Shown: positions 59,758 through 64,000 of the stretch, one piece after another
Layout: each line of letters opens with the position of its first letter
Position numbering within the stretch: the stretch's first letter is position 1
From: the human T2T-CHM13v2.0 reference genome, Homo sapiens
NCBI RefSeq assembly: GCF_009914755.1
Contig: NC_060930.1
DNA length: 64,000 nucleotides
Reading direction: 5' to 3' (one strand)
The notes under the pieces: model-generated
Seen by the model: the letters and a program-made list of their open reading frames with translations, nothing else
Told to the model about the DNA's origin: nothing
The model's database searches: none
Position numbers and translations under genes: made by a program

Positions 59758-59910
59758 ACATAGTGGTGTGTGACTGTTGTCCCAGCTACTTGGGAGGCCA
59801 ATTTGAGAGGATCACTTGAGTCCAGGAACTTGAGTTTACAATGAGCTATGATTATGCCACTGTACTCCAGACTGGGGGATAGAGCAAGTCCCTTTTTAAA
59901 AAAAAGAAAA
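59758..59910 (+). mobile_element. Old Alu monomer (FRAM/AluJ right arm)
   Basis: gtcccagctacttgggagg...ggatcacttgagtccagga...tgagctatgattatgccactgtactccag. Confidence 0.8.
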
Positions 59911-60604
59911 ATGATTCTGTATTCTTTTCAGTTTGAAAAAGCCTAAAACTCTGGCACTTTAAAAAATGCTTACAGTTAACAACTGTAGCTCATAATAAGA
60001 TTTCTTTTTTTTTTTTTTTACTTCAAGCAGTATTTATTGAGTACTTACTAAATGTAAGGCTCTATGCTAAATTGTTCTATCCCTTAAGGAAATAACAAAT
60101 AACTCTACAGGCACAATAGACAAATATAATAACTTATATTGTGGTATAAATGAAGTGCTCATTATGTTCAGAAAAGTGTCAGTAACTAGGATCAGTAGCA
60201 ACTGATGTGAAAAAGACATGAAAGAAGAAAAAGACATTTTTGATTAGATGTTGGTAACAAGCAGTGTAACAGTTCTTATACTTTGGTAGCAAATTTAGAG
60301 GGAGTCAATGAGTGGGTTTCTCAGTTGGGTTGTCATTTGTCGTTTGTTAGAAATTTATTTCAAATGTTTGTTGTAGCTTTATGGAGTCAACAATATCATT
60401 AAAAATGCAGATATCTGAGTGCTTCTCTGTGAACTATTCACTGAAAATTTTAAGGTTCATCAAAAAATCAAAGAACATAATAACTAAAACTCAGTGCATA
60501 ATAATAACAAAGCTATATGAATTGTCATGGGATTCTTTCTCTTTTTATTATATAGCTGATACTGTGTTGCAAAGGGTTTGCTTTGCTAGGTGAAATGTTA
60601 AGCT

Positions 60605-61015
60605 CTGTGCATTAGCATAGGCTATTGATTTAAAAATCTCAGTGGCTTAACACGGTGAGGAATTTTATTGCTGTTCAGTTTACAGTTTAGAGTGTGTGTG
60701 CTTATTACCTTGGGGAAGTAGGTGGTAAGAGGCTGTGCTCCATAGAGTCTTTCAGAGATCCAGGCTTCTTTCTTCTTGTGATGTCACATCTTTATTCAAC
60801 TAGTGGCCACAAAGTCTTTATGGGAGGGGAAGAAAAAGGAGAATTGCATCTAGGAAATTTTTACGAACTATGCCAACAAGGTAGTGTACACCATTTCTAT
60901 CAACACTCTATGGCCAATTTTATGCCCCTGACTTAATTGAATGGAGCTGGGAAATTCAGTTAGCTAGAAGAGGAGAAGAAATATGACCATTGATGACCAC
61001 TAGATCATCTGCTAC
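60605..61015 (-). mobile_element. Old MLT1-type LTR remnant
   Basis: aaaatctcagtggcttaacac...cagagatccaggct...ggagctgggaaat..agttagct. Confidence 0.55.
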
Positions 61016-61079
61016 ACCTGGCACTTAATTGAATGCTGGAATTATGTGGTTTTATGCCACTGATCACACTCAAGCCTAG

Positions 61080-61113
61080 TTTATTAGATGTCTCCAGGGA
61101 AACAGAACTAATA

Positions 61114-61150
<37 letters not shown>

Positions 61151-61625
61151 AATATATATATATATAAATCATATATATATGAATCTATTCCTAATCTCTC
61201 TCTCTGAGACAGATTTATTAGGAATTAATTCATATATTTCTGGGGACTGAGAAATTCCAGGATTTGCCCTCTGCAGGAAAGCCAGTGGTGTAATTCCAGT
61301 CTGAGTCTGAAGGCCTGAGAACCAGGGAAGCCAGGGGTGGAAATTCCAATAGAAAGGCAGGAGAAGATGATGTTCTAGCTCAAACAGGCAAGCATGAAGC
61401 AAAAAGGGGCAAATTCCTCCTCCTTCCATCGTCTGTTCCATTCAGGTCCTGAGCAGATTGGATGATGCCCACTACATTGGGCAGAGCAGTCTCCTTTTTG
61501 AGTCTAACCAATTCAAATGCTTATCCCATCCAGGAACACCCTCACAGATACACCTAGAAATAAATACTGTTTAAATTTGGCATCCTGTGGTGCAGTGAAA
61601 TTAACATATAAAAGTAACCATCACA
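61080..61625 (-). mobile_element. MLT2 (ERVL) solo LTR with 5-bp TSD CCTAG, containing (CA)n/(TA)n
   Basis: tctccagggaaacagaactaatagga...gtctgaaggcctgagaaccaggg...taaccatcaca. CCTAG at 61075-61079 and 61626-61630; (CA)n at 61116-61147. Confidence 0.88.
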
Positions 61626-62004
61626 CCTAGTAAACATAGATACCACAGACACACACACATGCGCACACACACATACACACACAAAATCTCATTGCACTTT
61701 CACAACTTCCTAGTGAGTAACATGTTTATAGGAAACTCAGATGCCTGTCCAAAGAGGACAGGGTAGCCTGCCTTCCCACAACTGCACATAAATGCATAAA
61801 CCTAGACATAAGTTAACATGATTGATGGCCACTGATAAGTTAATAGTTAGCATAAAACCTATGCAAGTGTTTGCGACTTTTTTATTTGAAGTTTTAAAAA
61901 CTACATTCTTAAAAAATATGTTTTAGAAACTAGAGGTTTATGTTTGAGGAATCCTTGAAGTACTTCACTTTAGGCAATATGTCATCATTTTAAGTGTGTG
62001 TGTC

Positions 62005-62240
62005 TAGGGATCACTACCTTGGACAAATTGCTTAATCTCTCTCTGCCTCAGTTTATTCATCTGTAAAATGATTTTAATAGCACCTACTGTATAGAGATGT
62101 TTTTGACTCTTAAAAGAGGCTGTGCATGTAAATACCTCCACTAAATTAGAAGTATGCTTTTTGTTAGAAAAATTAACATAAACAACTTAGAATAGTGCCT
62201 TTCATAGAATGAACACTCCGTATAGATGCTGTAATTCTAT
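62005..62240 (+). mobile_element. MIR
   Basis: ccttggacaaattgcttaatctctctctgcctcagtttattcatctgtaaaatg. Confidence 0.8.
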
Positions 62241-62379
62241 CATCTTTCATTTTGGATCATGAAAATCTGAACTAAGCTGCGAGAGGACTGTCCAAGTAAG
62301 AATACAGGGTGGGTGTGAGGACACAAGCAGGCATGAGGGATAGAGTGATACAAGTGAGGTTTCGGCTCAAGACAACTTC

Positions 62380-62570
62380 TAGATACTGTGCACCCATATG
62401 CCAGCCATTGTCCTGCTTCACCACATGTGTCATTTAATCCACACACTAATTCTGTGAGGTGTGGCTATTAGCATCTCAGGGATGGCTGATGAAGAAACTG
62501 AGGCTTAAAGAAGTTGTCATGTGCCCCAAATCATACTCCTAGTTAGTGATGGACCTGAGATAAGGAACCC
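62380..62570 (-). mobile_element. MIR
   Basis: tcatttaatcc...gatgaagaaactgaggcttaaaga. Confidence 0.75.
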
Positions 62571-62799
62571 AGGAGGAGAGGTGCTTTTCATTGTTTTTGG
62601 AGTTTATTGAAGATAATAAGGGCAGAGCTGATAGTTATTTTGAGAGGAAGGATGGACAGTGTATAGACTAGTTACCCTCTGAATTTGAAGATAAAAACTG
62701 GAAAAAGTGATCCTAAGACATTTAAACTTGCAAAAAAACCCATAAAACTACTAGTGAATAAGTTCAACCACCTGTAGAAATGGCCAACTCTAAGAGGTG

Positions 62800-63526
<727 letters not shown>

Positions 63527-64000
63527 TGTAAATCTTTTATGGCTAGAAATGGGGTATCATCCCATAAAAAGTAGAAGAGCTTTCACAGAAAGATCTGACA
63601 TAACATTTCTGGGGTAACTGTTGTGCTGTCTTGGCAAAAGGTTGAAGCATTGCCAGAAGTGTAGTGATAATCAGGAAAGACAAATACTAGGAATGTATTG
63701 GTTTTACCTTTGAAGGAAAAGTAAAGGGATTTGATAACATGAGTGTCCCAGGTCCCTTGGAAGCAGGTGTAGCTTTCTTCTATGGAGATGACTTTGTCCA
63801 TCTCTGATTACTGATGATGAAAATCATCCCGTGATCCTTTCTCAAGGTGTGGATATTCACTAAGCACTGTGATGGGGCATCTAATTTTCTGATATGGGTG
63901 CTGAGGAGAGGTGATACACTAACGTGATGACATCAGTACCTAGTTCCATTAGCATTCACATTGGTCACAAGGAAATTTTCTTAGTGTGGCACATTTCCAT

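Noticed and set aside
63810-63905. Possible C/D-box snoRNA (ATGATGA ... CTGA)
   Set aside because: No convincing terminal stem or recognisable rRNA/snRNA guide; such boxes occur by chance.

Overview
This is mammalian (almost certainly human/primate, given the Alu content) genomic DNA containing the 5' part of LRRC1 (LANO, LAP/Scribble family) on the + strand. It has a CpG-island promoter (~3.7-6.15 kb), coding exon 1 (ATG 5205, donor after 5363), a 46,688-nt intron 1, exon 2 (52052-52169) and the start of intron 2. The rest is ordinary intergenic/intronic DNA rich in Alu, MIR, L1, L2, L3, MaLR/ERVL LTR and DNA-transposon remnants; repeat subfamilies are called by eye and are approximate. Nearly all ORFs in the supplied track are spurious. 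I see no convincing new multi-gene system. The most unusual structures are: (i) a rearranged MADE1 (mariner MITE) locus at 40.7-41.0 kb forming a 75-bp stem whose only mismatches are G-U wobbles in the sense pre-mRNA; (ii) an 82-bp tailless internal L1 fragment with perfect 11-bp direct repeats just downstream of exon 2; (iii) an exact upstream copy of the start-codon context with ACG replacing ATG; (iv) a perfect antisense splice donor upstream of the promoter.
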